From Motiliproteus sp. (lineage in GTDB: Bacteria; Pseudomonadota; Gammaproteobacteria; Pseudomonadales; Balneatricaceae): a stretch of 64,000 nt of DNA. The notes beneath the pieces are model-generated. The model ran no database searches. It was not told where the DNA came from and was given only the letters and a program-made list of their open reading frames with translations. Below, piece by piece: positions 27,745-38,979 of the stretch; position 1 is the first letter of the stretch; each line of letters starts with the position of its first letter. The translations under genes and the position numbers were made by a program. The stretch lies in assembly GCA_036960175.1 (NCBI GenBank), contig JBALWH010000007.1:23462-87461 (forward strand), written 5' to 3'.

Positions 27745-30291
27745 ATGGCAGAAGTTACCGTAAGTCAGCTTGCCGATGTGGTTGGCGTTCCTACTGAGCG
27801 TTTACTACAACAAATGAAAGATGCCGGGTTGTCCCACCAAGGTGCTGATGACGCAGTTTCTGAACAAGAGCGTCAGAATTTATTGTCCCACCTTAAGCGC
27901 AGTCATGGCGATAGTGGTGAGACAGAAGAAGCCCCTCGAAAAATCACTTTGAATCGTAAGAAGACAAGTACGCTTAAAGTTGACAACAGTGGTCGCAGAA
28001 AGACGGTTAGTGTAGAAGTTCGTAAGAAGCGCACTTATGTAAAGCGTGAAGAAACGTCTGATACCGAACCTGAAGTGGACTTAAAGGCTGTAGAGCAACA
28101 GGCGGAAGAAACTCGTCTGAAGGCTGAGGCCGAGGCGAAGTCTCGCATCGAAACTGAAGCGGCAGTCGCTGCGAAAAAGCAAATTAGCGATGTGAAATCT
28201 AAGGAAGAAGACGCTGTTCGTAGAAAGGCCGAGGCAGACCGTATTAAAGCTGAGCAAGCTCTTGCTACGGCAGAGAAGCGTAATCCTGATGACGCTTCCA
28301 AAGATACCCCTAAGCGTACTAAGCCAGCTCCCAAGCCAGCTGCCAAAAAAGCCGCTGATGATAAGAGTAAAACTGATCGCAATAAGCCAGGTCGCGGTGT
28401 CCGTAAAGGACAGGGCTTTGATGCCTCCTTTGATGATCGTGGCGGTCGTCGCCGTGGTGGTAAGGCACCCAAGTCGCGTAATAAGCTTAAGATGCCTGAG
28501 CATCTTAAGCAGCACGGTTTTGCTCGTCCAACGGAGCGGACTATTCATGAAGTAGAGCTTCCAGAAACAATTACCGTTGCAGAACTGGCTAAGAAAATGT
28601 CGGTTAAAGCGGCCGAAGTTATCAAGGTCATGTTTAAGATGGGTGCTGCGGCAACCATTAATCAGGTTATTGACCGGGATACCGCCACCATCGTCGTTGA
28701 AGAGATGGGGCACAAAGTTAGCCTTGCCGGCAGTGTCACGGTTGAAGAGCGGCTATTGGACGGTATTAGCTACGAAGGTGAGCTGGTAGCGCGAGCTCCA
28801 GTAGTGACTGTTATGGGTCACGTTGACCACGGTAAAACATCGCTGCTGGATTATATCCGTGATACTCGTGTTACTGCTGGTGAATCCGGTGGCATTACTC
28901 AGCACATCGGGGCTTACCATGTAGAAACCGGTCATGGCATGATTAGCTTTTTGGATACTCCTGGACATGCGGCGTTTACTGCTATGCGTGCCCGTGGTGC
29001 CAAGGCAACCGATATTGTAATTTTGGTTGTTGCTGCCGACGACGGTGTTATGCCGCAGACCGAAGAAGCAATTCAACATGCTCGTGCTGCTGGCGTTCCT
29101 CTGGTTGTTGCTATCAATAAAGTCGATAAAGAAGCGGCCGACCCTGATCGTGTTAAAAACGAGCTGGCTGCCAAAGAAGTCATACCCGAAGACTGGGGCG
29201 GTGACGTCCAGTTTATCGAAGTTTCTGCTAAAACTGGCCAAGGTATCGACCAGCTTCTAGACGCAATACTGCTGCAGTCTGAGATACTGGAACTAAAAGC
29301 AGTTCCTGCCGCTCCTGGTGTTGGTCTGGTTATCGAATCCCGTCTTGATAAAGGTCGTGGTCCGGTTGCTACTCTGTTAGTTCAGAACGGGACGCTGCAA
29401 GTAGGTCAGATCGTGCTGGCTGGCCAGAACTATGGTCGTGTTCGTGCCATGCTGGATGAGAATGGAAGGCCTGTTAAAGAAGCGGGTCCTTCTATTCCAG
29501 TAGAAATTCTGGGCCTTGATGGTACGCCAAATGCCGGTGACGAGTTTGCCGTGGTAGAGAGTGATAAGAAAGCTCGTGAAGTCGCGTTGTTCCGTCAGGG
29601 CAAATTCCGTGACGTGAAATTGGCTCGCCAACAGGCAGCCAAGCTGGATAACGTTTTCGAATATATCGGTTCTGGTCAGCCTTCAATCCTCAATGTAGTG
29701 TTGAAAACTGACGTTCGTGGTTCCCTTGAAGCACTGACCTCTTCTCTGACTGAGTTGTCAAACGACGAAGTTAAAGTCTGCGTCGTTTCTAGCGGTGTTG
29801 GTGGTATTACCGAAACTGATGCCAACCTCGCAATGGCTTCTAGTGCGGTTATCTTCGGCTTTAACGTGCGTGCTGATGGCCCGGCTAAAGCGTTGGTCGA
29901 GAAAGAACAGATTGACATGCGTTACTACAGCGTTATTTACGACATCATTGATGACGTGAGGCAGGCGCTGTCAGGTATGTTGGCTCCGGAACTGCGTGAA
30001 ACCATTCTCGGTATTGCTGACGTTCGTGAGGTGTTCCGTTCGCCGAAGTTCGGTCAGGTTGCTGGTTGTATGGTTGTTGAAGGTGTCATCCATCGCAGCA
30101 AGAAAGTGCGTGTTCTGCGTGACAACGTGGTTGTTCACGAAGGTGAGCTGGATTCCTTACGCCGCTTTAAGGATAACGTTGCTGACGTTCGTAACGGTAT
30201 GGAATGTGGTGTCGGTGTGAAGAACTACGACGTTAAGGTCGGCGATCAGATTGAAGTATTCGAAATTACCGAGGTAGCACGTCAGCTGTAA
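27745..30291 (+). CDS. infB: Translation initiation factor IF-2
   Basis: [18 protein letters not shown]-domain motifs. Confidence 0.99.
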   Translation: MAEVTVSQLADVVGVPTERLLQQMKDAGLSHQGADDAVSEQERQNLLSHLKRSHGDSGETEEAPRKITLNRKKTSTLKVDNSGRRKTVSVEVRKKRTYVKREETSDTEPEVDLKAVEQQAEETRLKAEAEAKSRIETEAAVAAKKQISDVKSKEEDAVRRKAEADRIKAEQALATAEKRNPDDASKDTPKRTKPAPKPAAKKAADDKSKTDRNKPGRGVRKGQGFDASFDDRGGRRRGGKAPKSRNKLKMPEHLKQHGFARPTERTIHEVELPETITVAELAKKMSVKAAEVIKVMFKMGAAATINQVIDRDTATIVVEEMGHKVSLAGSVTVEERLLDGISYEGELVARAPVVTVMGHVDHGKTSLLDYIRDTRVTAGESGGITQHIGAYHVETGHGMISFLDTPGHAAFTAMRARGAKATDIVILVVAADDGVMPQTEEAIQHARAAGVPLVVAINKVDKEAADPDRVKNELAAKEVIPEDWGGDVQFIEVSAKTGQGIDQLLDAILLQSEILELKAVPAAPGVGLVIESRLDKGRGPVATLLVQNGTLQVGQIVLAGQNYGRVRAMLDENGRPVKEAGPSIPVEILGLDGTPNAGDEFAVVESDKKAREVALFRQGKFRDVKLARQQAAKLDNVFEYIGSGQPSILNVVLKTDVRGSLEALTSSLTELSNDEVKVCVVSSGVGGITETDANLAMASSAVIFGFNVRADGPAKALVEKEQIDMRYYSVIYDIIDDVRQALSGMLAPELRETILGIADVREVFRSPKFGQVAGCMVVEGVIHRSKKVRVLRDNVVVHEGELDSLRRFKDNVADVRNGMECGVGVKNYDVKVGDQIEVFEITEVARQL

Positions 30292-30307
30292 TCGCTGATA
30301 AAACAAT

Positions 30308-30727
30308 ATGGCAAGAGAATTTAGTCGTACACACAGGGTCGCGGAGCAGCTGCAACGCGACCTGGCGCAGTTGATTCAGCAGGAGGTCAAAGACCCCCGT
30401 CTGGGCTTTGTCACAGTCAATGAAGCCAAAGTATCAAGAGATCTCTGCTATGCGGATATCTATGTCACTGTAATGGGCAAAGAAGAAACAGCAGAAGAGA
30501 TCGCTCTTACGATTAAGATTCTTAACAGTGCGGCCGGTTTTCTCCGTGGCCGGATTGCCAAGTTGATTAAGCTGCGAATAGTGCCTCAGTTGAGGTTTCA
30601 CTATGACAGCAGTGTCTCTCGCGGTAACTATCTGTCCTCTTTGATTAACAAGGCGGTATCGGAAGATCGTCAGCGAGCGGCTGATGAAGACGATTCCAAG
30701 CCCGCTCAGGATAAAGAGGACGACTAA
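30308..30727 (+). CDS. rbfA: Ribosome-binding factor A
   Basis: [29 protein letters not shown]. Confidence 0.97.
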   Translation: MAREFSRTHRVAEQLQRDLAQLIQQEVKDPRLGFVTVNEAKVSRDLCYADIYVTVMGKEETAEEIALTIKILNSAAGFLRGRIAKLIKLRIVPQLRFHYDSSVSRGNYLSSLINKAVSEDRQRAADEDDSKPAQDKEDD

Positions 30728-30728
30728 G

Positions 30729-31709
30729 TTGGCAAGACGTCGACGAGGTCGTGAAGTAGATGGAATACTACTGTTGGATAAGCCTCTAGGGGCGAGTTCC
30801 AACTATGTTCTGCAGCAGATGAAGCGCCTCTACGGTGCCGCTAAGGCGGGTCATACAGGAGCGCTTGATCCGCTGGCTACCGGCATGCTGCCAATCTGTT
30901 TTGGTGAAGCAACCAAGTTCTCGCAGTTCCTGTTAGAGGCTGATAAACACTATCAGACCACCGCCAAGCTGGGTGTTAAAACCGCTTCTGGTGATGCTGA
31001 AGGCGAGGTCATTGAGCAACGTCCTATCGTCGATGTGACGGCTGATCGAGTCTGTCAGTTGCTAGAACAGCATTTCAACGGTGAAATTACCCAGACCCCC
31101 TCCATGTACTCCGCCCTGAAGCATCAGGGGCAGCCTCTGTATAAGTTGGCGCGGCAAGGGATCACAGTCGAGGTCAAAAAACGGCAAGTCACCATCTATC
31201 GGATCGAGTTGCTTGATTTTCGCGGCGATGAACTGGACCTGGATATTCAGTGCAGCAAAGGAACCTATATCCGCTCAATCGTCGAAGATTTAGGTGAGTT
31301 GCTCGGCTGCGGTGCTTATGTCAGTGCGCTTAGGCGACTAGACTCTGGTCCTTATAAAGCGGATATGATGAGAACCGTTGAGCAGATGCAGGATATAGCC
31401 GTTCAGGCGGCGGCATTGACCCCTGAAGGTGAGGGCGTTGAGGGCGAAAATAAGGACGTACAATGGGCCTTGGATCAGGTATTATTACCGCCCTGGACAG
31501 CAGTGGCCCATCTGCCGATATTAAAGGTGAATGATGACCAGGCGCAGTTGATCAAAAATGGCCGTCCAGTCGCTTTAGAAGAGCCGCTCGATTTTTCCGA
31601 GTTGGCTTTAATTAGAATTATTGCTGGGGCTGAGGAAGCGTTTCTCGGACTCGGAGAAGTATCGGAAGATGGTGTGTTGACACCCCGTCGACTGATGAAA
31701 ACCCAATAG
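30729..31709 (+). CDS. truB: tRNA pseudouridine(55) synthase
   Basis: LLDKPLG.SSN, KAGHTGALDPLATG, CSKGTYIRS; TTG start at 30729. Confidence 0.96.
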   Translation: MARRRRGREVDGILLLDKPLGASSNYVLQQMKRLYGAAKAGHTGALDPLATGMLPICFGEATKFSQFLLEADKHYQTTAKLGVKTASGDAEGEVIEQRPIVDVTADRVCQLLEQHFNGEITQTPSMYSALKHQGQPLYKLARQGITVEVKKRQVTIYRIELLDFRGDELDLDIQCSKGTYIRSIVEDLGELLGCGAYVSALRRLDSGPYKADMMRTVEQMQDIAVQAAALTPEGEGVEGENKDVQWALDQVLLPPWTAVAHLPILKVNDDQAQLIKNGRPVALEEPLDFSELALIRIIAGAEEAFLGLGEVSEDGVLTPRRLMKTQ

Positions 31710-31834
31710 CCTTTCGGCGGGTTTTTCATAGCTGATGCGTCGTACTGTAAATATGCACGGTACAGACGTTTATTTAACCAGTGTGGTTGAGGTCAATGCA
31801 CCCGCCGCATGCATATTAGTAATGGAGAAGTATT

Positions 31835-32104
31835 ATGGCACTCTCTGCCGAACAGAAAGCAGTCGTTGTTGCGGATTATCAAACTGCTGAAGGAGACACT
31901 GGTTCTCCTGAAGTTCAAGTTGCTCTGTTGACCGCAAACATCGAAGGCCTGCAGTCCCACTTCAAGTCTAACAAGAAAGATCACCATTCTCGTCGTGGTC
32001 TGATTCGTATGGTTAACCAGCGTCGTAAGTTGCTGGATTACTTGAAGTCTAAGAACGTCACGCGTTACACCACGCTGATCGGTCGTCTGGGTCTGCGTCG
32101 CTAA
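31835..32104 (+). CDS. rpsO: 30S ribosomal protein S15
   Basis: [22 protein letters not shown]. Confidence 0.99.
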   Translation: MALSAEQKAVVVADYQTAEGDTGSPEVQVALLTANIEGLQSHFKSNKKDHHSRRGLIRMVNQRRKLLDYLKSKNVTRYTTLIGRLGLRR

Positions 32105-32115
32105 GCTGATCCTCC

Positions 32116-32145
32116 CAAAGGCCATAGCAATTGCTATGGCCTTTG
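32116..32145. terminator. Perfect 30-bp palindrome after rpsO, probable bidirectional terminator
   Basis: CAAAGGCCATAGCAA|TTGCTATGGCCTTTG. Confidence 0.7.
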
Positions 32146-32270
32146 ACTTTCTGGGATCTGAGGTTGAATAGCCGCATCGGTTGTTTGACATTTACTGTTG
32201 CTAGCAAGCATCGCTAACAGCAGCGTTAATAGTAAATTGATTGTAAATAGGTGCTCTTAGTCTGTTGAAT

Positions 32271-32337
32271 AGCCCGTACTTTTTTGTGTTTTCCACGCGC
32301 GAGATTAATGTGCAAAAGAATACAAAAAAGTACGGCT
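32271..32337 (+). promoter_or_regulatory. pnp 5' leader stem, probable RNase III site
   Basis: GTACTTTTTTGTG pairs with TACAAAAAAGTAC, extended by GCC/GGC; same position as the RNase III stem used in pnp autoregulation. Confidence 0.65.
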
Positions 32338-32419
32338 TTGAAGGCACAACAGTAGGCCTGCGGGATATCAGATGACCCTGCGGCCGGAGCACAGAGAAAA
32401 ACCAATAGAGGAATTCACT

Positions 32420-34525
32420 GTGAGTCCAACTCCAAATACCAAAACATTCCAGTATGGCGATCAGCAAGTCACGCTGGAAACCGGCCGTGTTGCACGTCAA
32501 GCTTCTGGTGCTGTATTGATCACCATGGGTGAAAATCAGGTGCTGTGTACCGTTGTCGGTAACAAGAAAGCCCGTGCTGATCAGCCGTTCTTCCCGCTGT
32601 CGGTTCACTACCAGCAGAAGACTTACTCGGTTGGTAAGATCCCCGGTGGTTTCTTCAAGCGTGAAGCGCGTCCCAGCGAATTTGAAACACTGACCTCGCG
32701 TCTGATCGATCGTCCGATTCGTCCGCTGTTCCCGAAAGGCTTCATGAACGAAGTACAGGTTGTCTGTACCGTTATGTCTGCCGACAAGAAGAACTGCCCT
32801 GATGTTGCCGCGATGATCGGTACTTCAGCAGCACTGGCTATCTCCGGTATCCCGTTCAGCGGTCCTATCGGTTGTGCGCGTGTTGGTTTTGATGAAGAGG
32901 CTGGTTACATCCTCAACCCATCTTTCGAAGCGATGCAAAGCTCGCTGTTGGACATGGTTGTTGCTGGTACCAAAGACGCTGTGTTGATGGTTGAGTCCGA
33001 GGCACAAGAGCTGTCCGAAGACGAGATGCTGGGTGCGGTACTGTTCGCCCATGACGAGATGCAAGTTGCCGTCGACGCGATCGTCGAGTTCGCCGCTGTA
33101 AACGCCAAGCCGATTTGGGACTGGGCCGCTCCAGCGGTTAACGAAGAGGTGAAACAACAAATTGTTGATGGTTACGGCGCTGCAATCACCGAAGCCTACG
33201 CGATCGGCGACAAGCTGGCCCGTTACGGCCGTCTGGGTGAAGTGAAATCCGAAGCTGTTGCAAAGTTAGCTAGCGAAGAAATCGATGGCAAAGACGTTGA
33301 GAAGCTGTTTGCCTCGGTTGAGAAAAATATCGTACGTAGCCGCGTCGTTAACGGCGAGCCACGTATCGACGGTCGTGATACCAAGACTGTTCGTCCAATC
33401 GAAGTTGAAGTTGGCGTACTGGGTAAGACCCACGGTTCTGCTTTGTTCACCCGTGGTGAAACTCAAGCCATCGTTACCGCCACGCTGGGCACCAGCCGTG
33501 ATCAGCAGATCATCGATGCACTGGAAGGCGAGCGTAAAGATCCGTTCCTGTTCCACTACAACTTCCCAGGCTACTCGGTTGGTGAGTGTACTCGCATGAT
33601 GGGTACCAATCGTCGTGAGATTGGTCATGGCCGACTGGCGCGTCGTGGTATCCAGGCAATGATGCCTAGCCAGGATGATTTCCCTTACACTATCCGTGTC
33701 GTATCTGAGATCACTGAATCTAACGGTTCCAGCTCTATGGCTTCCGTTTGTGGTGCTTCTTTGGCGTTGATGGATGCCGGTGTTCCGGTTAAGCGTCCGG
33801 TTGCTGGTATTGCCATGGGTCTGGTTAAAGAAGGCGAAAAGTTCGCGGTACTGACAGACATCTTGGGTGACGAAGATCATCTGGGCGACATGGACTTTAA
33901 GGTAGCCGGTTCCGAGAATGGTATTACTGCCTTGCAGATGGATATCAAGATCGAAGGTATCACTGAAGAGATCATGGAGCAGGCTCTGGAGCAAGCTCTG
34001 GAAGCGCGTCAGCATATCCTTCGTGAGATGGCTAAGGTTATCGGTTACGCTCGCCCTGAGCTGAACGACAACGCTCCAGCTATGACTCAGTTGAAGATCA
34101 ATCCTGACAAGATCCGTGACGTTATCGGTAAGGGCGGCGCAACTATCCGTTCTATTACCGAACAGACCGGTGCATCTATCGATATCGAAGACGACGGTAC
34201 TATCAAGATCTTCGCTGCCGACAAGGCTGCTGCTCAAGCGGCTATTGATACTGTCCTGGCGATCACTGCTGAAGCCGAAGTCGGTAAGATCTACGAAGGT
34301 AAGGTCGAGCGTATCGTTGATTTTGGCGCGTTCGTTAACATCCTGCCTGGTAAGGATGGTCTGGTACATATTTCTCAAATCGCCCAAGAGCGTGTTGAGA
34401 AAGTGACCGACTTCCTGAAAGAAGGTCAGATGGTTAAGGTCAAGGTTCTGGATGTTGATCCTCGCGGTCGCATCAAGCTGAGCATGAAAGACCTTCGTGA
34501 AGACGAAGGTGTTGAGCAGGACTAA
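32420..34525 (+). CDS. pnp: Polyribonucleotide nucleotidyltransferase
   Basis: [44 protein letters not shown] and S1 domains; GTG start at 32420. Confidence 0.99.
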   Translation: MSPTPNTKTFQYGDQQVTLETGRVARQASGAVLITMGENQVLCTVVGNKKARADQPFFPLSVHYQQKTYSVGKIPGGFFKREARPSEFETLTSRLIDRPIRPLFPKGFMNEVQVVCTVMSADKKNCPDVAAMIGTSAALAISGIPFSGPIGCARVGFDEEAGYILNPSFEAMQSSLLDMVVAGTKDAVLMVESEAQELSEDEMLGAVLFAHDEMQVAVDAIVEFAAVNAKPIWDWAAPAVNEEVKQQIVDGYGAAITEAYAIGDKLARYGRLGEVKSEAVAKLASEEIDGKDVEKLFASVEKNIVRSRVVNGEPRIDGRDTKTVRPIEVEVGVLGKTHGSALFTRGETQAIVTATLGTSRDQQIIDALEGERKDPFLFHYNFPGYSVGECTRMMGTNRREIGHGRLARRGIQAMMPSQDDFPYTIRVVSEITESNGSSSMASVCGASLALMDAGVPVKRPVAGIAMGLVKEGEKFAVLTDILGDEDHLGDMDFKVAGSENGITALQMDIKIEGITEEIMEQALEQALEARQHILREMAKVIGYARPELNDNAPAMTQLKINPDKIRDVIGKGGATIRSITEQTGASIDIEDDGTIKIFAADKAAAQAAIDTVLAITAEAEVGKIYEGKVERIVDFGAFVNILPGKDGLVHISQIAQERVEKVTDFLKEGQMVKVKVLDVDPRGRIKLSMKDLREDEGVEQD

Positions 34526-34539
34526 CCTGTAGGCTAACG

Positions 34540-34565
34540 AAAAAACGGGCTTAGGCCCGTTTTTT
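34540..34565. terminator. Intrinsic terminator after pnp
   Basis: AAAAAACGGGC-TTAG-GCCCGTTTTTT. Confidence 0.9.
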
Positions 34566-34687
34566 ATTGGATTTTAGAAGCACCTGCTGTATTTACCTTA
34601 TGCAGGTGTCGGCTTGAGATCGGCGCGCCTTATACCAGTTGCGGCGCTGATGTCGTGACCGCCGGGTGGTAAAGGAACAAACCGTCC

Positions 34688-35533
34688 ATGACTGTACATG
34701 AAGATTCGCGCATCGAGCGCCATATTGATATTCGTGAAGGGGGCAAAAAGGCTCTGGATTGGCTGGCAGAGGGCTGTTGCTTGAGCCGAGCCGAGCTGAA
34801 AACCGTGATGCACAAAGGCGCGGTTTGGCTGACCCGTGGAAAAACTTCGCGCATACGTCGTAGCAACAAAATCCTGAAATACGGTGATCAATTACACCTC
34901 TACTATGATCCCAAAGTGTTGGAAGAGGAGCCGCAGGCGGCCCAGTTGATTAGTGACCAAGGAAACTATTCAGTCTGGTACAAGCCTTTTGGAATGCGCT
35001 GTCAGGGTTCCAAATATGGTGATCACTGCACCCTTTACCGTTGGGCCGAAAGCCATATGGAACCCGAGCGCACCGCTTACACCGTGCACCGCCTGGATCG
35101 TGCCACCGAGGGCTTAATTCTATTGGCTCACGACAAAGCCACCACCACGGCCTTAGCCTCTCAGTTTGAAAACCGTGAGGTTGAAAAACGCTATCGAGCT
35201 CGTGTTCATGGAATTCTAGAATTTCAGGATGAGTTGGTTGATGAGCCGGTTAATGGCAAGTCTGCCCGCAGTCGCATGACTACCTTGGCTGTTGATGCAG
35301 ACAAGCAGCAATCCTTGATTGAAATTTTGCTGGAAACGGGTCGCAAGCATCAGATTCGCCAGCATCTGTCGGGCATGGGATTTCCCATCGTTGGTGACCG
35401 TCTCTATGGGCAGGGGGTTGCCGATGGGGTGGACCTGCAGTTGCAGTCCTTTTTGCTGAAGTTTCGCTGTCCCAATAGCGATACGCAACTCTGTTTTATG
35501 GTGCCGGAGCAGCAGCTGCTGTCCCTGTCCTAA
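34688..35533 (+). CDS. RluA-family RNA pseudouridine synthase
   Basis: VHRLD catalytic motif, LETGRKHQIRQHL, PIVGDRLYG. Confidence 0.92.
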   Translation: MTVHEDSRIERHIDIREGGKKALDWLAEGCCLSRAELKTVMHKGAVWLTRGKTSRIRRSNKILKYGDQLHLYYDPKVLEEEPQAAQLISDQGNYSVWYKPFGMRCQGSKYGDHCTLYRWAESHMEPERTAYTVHRLDRATEGLILLAHDKATTTALASQFENREVEKRYRARVHGILEFQDELVDEPVNGKSARSRMTTLAVDADKQQSLIEILLETGRKHQIRQHLSGMGFPIVGDRLYGQGVADGVDLQLQSFLLKFRCPNSDTQLCFMVPEQQLLSLS

Positions 35534-35556
35534 TTCTTAGTGCTGCTGCCCAAGCG

Positions 35557-36042
35557 CTAATCTTTGCTCAGCTGTCGCAACGGTAGTGCCGTTTTCTGCA
35601 CCGGTTGGCGTATCACGAAATTGGAAATGATTGAACGAATTCCGGGTATGGCGGTGAGCTTATCCAGAAGTAGCTGCTGGTAGTGATCAAGGCTGGGCAT
35701 CACGATTTTTACGATATAGTCGGCGGCACTGCCGGTGATCAGGAAGCACTCCAGCACCTCCGGAATTTTGACAATCTCGGCCTCAAAGGCATCTAGCTTA
35801 TCTTTGGTTTGAGCTTCCAGGCTGATCTGTACCAGCACCGTCATTGGTAACCCTGCTTGTTTCTGATCCAGCAGCACCACCTGGCGAGCGATCAGTCCAG
35901 ATTCCTCTAGCTGTTTGATACGTCGACCGCAGGGGGTCGCCGATAGTCCGACCTGTTCGGCGATATCGCTGACGCTGATGCGGGCATCCTGCTGCAGAAT
36001 TTCTAAAATATTACGATCAATGCGATCCAGGGTTCGGTTCAT
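35557..36042 (-). CDS. Lrp/AsnC family transcriptional regulator
   Basis: LDRIDRNILEILQQDARIS..DIAEQVGLSATPCGRRIKQLEESG. Confidence 0.93.
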   Translation of the reverse strand: MNRTLDRIDRNILEILQQDARISVSDIAEQVGLSATPCGRRIKQLEESGLIARQVVLLDQKQAGLPMTVLVQISLEAQTKDKLDAFEAEIVKIPEVLECFLITGSAADYIVKIVMPSLDHYQQLLLDKLTAIPGIRSIISNFVIRQPVQKTALPLRQLSKD

Positions 36043-36368
36043 AGCAGCCAGTCAGCTTAGTGGGGGAATGAATGGGTAAGTCTGTGCATGGTTGGAGAGA
36101 GAAAAAGGATGGTTTCTTTGCCGAGTTTCAGTGCCATGGCAGCAGGTCATGCTTATGGTCGTCGGGGTTATGATCTTGTGAATCATAGCGGTAGCCTTTT
36201 GGGCTTTAGCGGATTCGGCCCTTTTGGGGCCTAACCAACCATCCGCAGTTAGATTAACAACTGCGGCTTAGTGAATGTCTGCAAAGTTAGCTTTTTTTCT
36301 CGTTGCTATTGGAGATTATAGCTAATTAAATATAATAAATTAGCTATGTTTTGTTTTGTGCTTCATAT

Positions 36369-37001
36369 CTATGCATTATTTGGTTGCATAATGCGCTCGA
36401 GTTGGCGCTGGTGTGCTCGGTTTAAGGTGGCTAATCCTACGATGGCGCCGAGCAGTGCCAAGGCCATGTCGGATTGGGTATCCCAGACGTATCCTTGGGT
36501 GCCAAGAAAGGCTTCTGCAGATTCGCCGGAGCCGATGGCGACCCACCATTCAATTAGTTCGTAGAAGGCGCTGAAGGCCAGACAGAAGCAGACGATAAGG
36601 AAGTTACGCCAAGCTGCGGTACTGATTACCTGTTTACGAATTAGCAGCTCCCGGGCGATCAAAGCCGGTACCAAGCCTTGAACAAAGTGTCCTACTTTGT
36701 CGTAGTTATTGCGCTCAAGATCAAAGCTATCTCGTATCCAGTCGAATAGTGGCACTTCGGCGTAGGTGTAGTGGCCGCCGACCATCAGAATCAGGCAGTG
36801 AATCAGAATCAGTACATACACCAGGGGGGTTAGCGGAAAGCTACGCCGCGTTGCCAGCAACACAGCGGCACCGATCAGTGCGGGGAGCACCTCCAGAAAC
36901 CAGGTAAAACTGTCTTTGGGGTCGATTGCCGACCAAGTCAGTACCGCCAGAAAACTGCTCATCCAAAGTGCTGCTTTGAGGTTGGATTGATTACTTAGCA
37001 T
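36369..37001 (-). CDS. DUF2238/YjdF-family inner membrane protein
   Basis: GGHYTYAEVP, RNNYDKVGHF, YELIEW, QGYVWDTQSDM. Confidence 0.88.
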   Translation of the reverse strand: MLSNQSNLKAALWMSSFLAVLTWSAIDPKDSFTWFLEVLPALIGAAVLLATRRSFPLTPLVYVLILIHCLILMVGGHYTYAEVPLFDWIRDSFDLERNNYDKVGHFVQGLVPALIARELLIRKQVISTAAWRNFLIVCFCLAFSAFYELIEWWVAIGSGESAEAFLGTQGYVWDTQSDMALALLGAIVGLATLNRAHQRQLERIMQPNNA

Positions 37002-37369
37002 TGTTGATTGCTATCCTTATTCTCATCGCTGTTACTGATCGCTAGGTCACCCTGAAGATCTTCGATTTGTTGCAGCACCTGCAGAAATTTTTCACCAAAA
37101 GGCGTAACGGCGTACTCGACCCGGGGGGGAAGCTCTGGATAAGAGCGTTTTTCCAGAATACCGAATTCCATATTTTTTCGTAGGCAATCATTCAGCACTT
37201 TTGTGCTGAGTCCTTCAACGCAACGGACCATTTCGCCGGGGCGGTTGATGTCATTGGCCAGTAGGTTGAATACGGTTAACGACCATTTACAGCCGAAAAT
37301 GGTCTCTACCATGCGTGCTGCGCGCTCCGGTGATGACTTTCTCTGAACTTTTTTCTCGTTAGTAATCAT
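36995..37369 (-). CDS. HxlR-family winged-helix regulator
   Basis: GCKWSLTV, GLSTKVL, YPELPPRVEYAVTPFG. Confidence 0.9.
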   Translation of the reverse strand: MITNEKKVQRKSSPERAARMVETIFGCKWSLTVFNLLANDINRPGEMVRCVEGLSTKVLNDCLRKNMEFGILEKRSYPELPPRVEYAVTPFGEKFLQVLQQIEDLQGDLAISNSDENKDSNQQC

Positions 37370-37374
37370 AAAGA

Positions 37375-37410
37375 TGTACCAATAGGTGCCTAGTGTACCG
37401 ATTTGTGCCT
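37375..37410. promoter_or_regulatory. Tandem operator, probably for the HxlR-type regulator
   Basis: Two copies of TGTACC-N5-GTGCCT with a 19-bp period between the divergent regulator and SDR. Confidence 0.55.
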
Positions 37411-37491
37411 GGTTTTCAGCGGCTTAACCCGCTCTTAGAGTAGTTCATCACAGACATGCAAGTGTGATCAAATTATTCAGGAGAGCAGACC

Positions 37492-38286
37492 ATGATAAGC
37501 ACGCTAAAGTTCGATCTTAATTCATCTAATGAAACGCGCTATTCACTGATTATCGGAGGCTCCAGCGGCATTGGCTATGCTACCGCAAAGCAGCTACTAC
37601 TGCAGGGACGGGCGGTTATTATTGTTGGCCGTAATGGTTCCAAGCTGAAGGATGCAGAGCAGCTGTTGTCGGAGTTCGGCGAGGTCGCTAGCATTAAGTG
37701 TGATCTCTATAGTCGCGATCAACGACAGCAGCTCTGCGATGAGCTGCTGGCAAGCGACATCAATATTGAGCAATTGGTGAATGCTGCGGGTTACTTCAGC
37801 CCTAAAGCGTTCCTTGACCATAACGAAGCGGACTATGATGTCTATATGGATCTGAATCGGGCGTTATTTTTTATCAGCCAATGCGTTGCGGAGAAAATGA
37901 AGCAGCGTGGTGGTGGCAGTATCGTCAATATTGGTTCTATGTGGGCACTGCAAGCAATCAAAGCCACGCCATCATCTGCTTACTCGATGGCTAAGGCGGG
38001 ACTCCATGCCATGACCCAGCATCTGGCCATGGAGCTGGCGGAGTTTAATATCCGCGTTAATGCGGTATCGCCCGCCGTGGTGAAAACGCCTATTTACGCT
38101 TCTTTTATTGAAGCGGATCAGATCGATGCAACCCTGGCCAGCTTTGATAGTTTCCATCCATTGGGACGCATAGGCAGTGCCGAGGATGTGGCTAACAGCA
38201 TCAGCTTTTTGCTATCGGATAAAGCATCCTGGGTCACCGGTGCCATCTGGGATGTAGACGGTGGTGTCATGGCAGGAAGGAACTGA
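37492..38286 (+). CDS. SDR family oxidoreductase
   Basis: GGSSGIG, NAAG, YSMAK, RVNAVSP, WDVDGG. Confidence 0.93.
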   Translation: MISTLKFDLNSSNETRYSLIIGGSSGIGYATAKQLLLQGRAVIIVGRNGSKLKDAEQLLSEFGEVASIKCDLYSRDQRQQLCDELLASDINIEQLVNAAGYFSPKAFLDHNEADYDVYMDLNRALFFISQCVAEKMKQRGGGSIVNIGSMWALQAIKATPSSAYSMAKAGLHAMTQHLAMELAEFNIRVNAVSPAVVKTPIYASFIEADQIDATLASFDSFHPLGRIGSAEDVANSISFLLSDKASWVTGAIWDVDGGVMAGRN

Positions 38287-38294
38287 GGATAAGC

Positions 38295-38975
38295 ATGATG
38301 ATGAATATGGATCGCAGTCAACGGCTGGTGATCGATACCGCAGAGATGCAGTGGCAGGACTCCCCTGCCGCTGGCGTGTTGCGTAAACCCCTGGAGCGCG
38401 AGGCGGCCGAATCCGGGCAGGTCACCAGTATCGTGCGCTATCAGCCCGGTGCTCGGTTTTCCGCCCATAGCCATCCCCATGGCGAGGAGATTTTGGTGCT
38501 CAGCGGCGTCTTCGAGGATGACCAAGGCCGTTATCCCGCAGGCAGCTATCTGCGCAATCCTCCCGGCTCCAGTCATAGTCCGGCCAGTTCAGCAGGTTGT
38601 GAGCTGCTGGTTAAGCTGAATATGTTTGATGCTGAAGATCTGCAGAGTCTCAATGTTGATACTAAACAGACGCAGTGGCAACCGGGGTTGGTTGCGGGGC
38701 TGTCAGTGCTGCCGCTGCATAACTATTCCGATGGTCGCTACAACGAGAGCACTGCCTTGGTGCGTTGGCAGCCGGGAACTAAGTTCCAGCCTCACTCTCA
38801 CCCTGGCGGCGAAGAGATTCTGGTGCTGGAAGGGGTGTTTGAAGATGAGTTTGGTCGCTATCCGGCGGGTAGCTGGATTCGCAGTCCCAGTGGCAGTGCG
38901 CATCAGCCGTTTTCTGCTGAGGGCTGTCTGATCTTTGTGAAGACCGGACACCTGCATGGTCTCACCCTGCGCTAG
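38295..38975 (+). CDS. Tandem ChrR-like cupin protein
   Basis: Two H.HP.GEEILVL.GVFED..GRYPAGS repeats. Confidence 0.88.
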   Translation: MMMNMDRSQRLVIDTAEMQWQDSPAAGVLRKPLEREAAESGQVTSIVRYQPGARFSAHSHPHGEEILVLSGVFEDDQGRYPAGSYLRNPPGSSHSPASSAGCELLVKLNMFDAEDLQSLNVDTKQTQWQPGLVAGLSVLPLHNYSDGRYNESTALVRWQPGTKFQPHSHPGGEEILVLEGVFEDEFGRYPAGSWIRSPSGSAHQPFSAEGCLIFVKTGHLHGLTLR

Positions 38976-38979
38976 TTAA

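Noticed and set aside
33266-34387. 373-aa antisense ORF inside pnp
   Set aside because: Shadow ORF expected from the strong codon bias of a highly expressed gene; no protein motifs.
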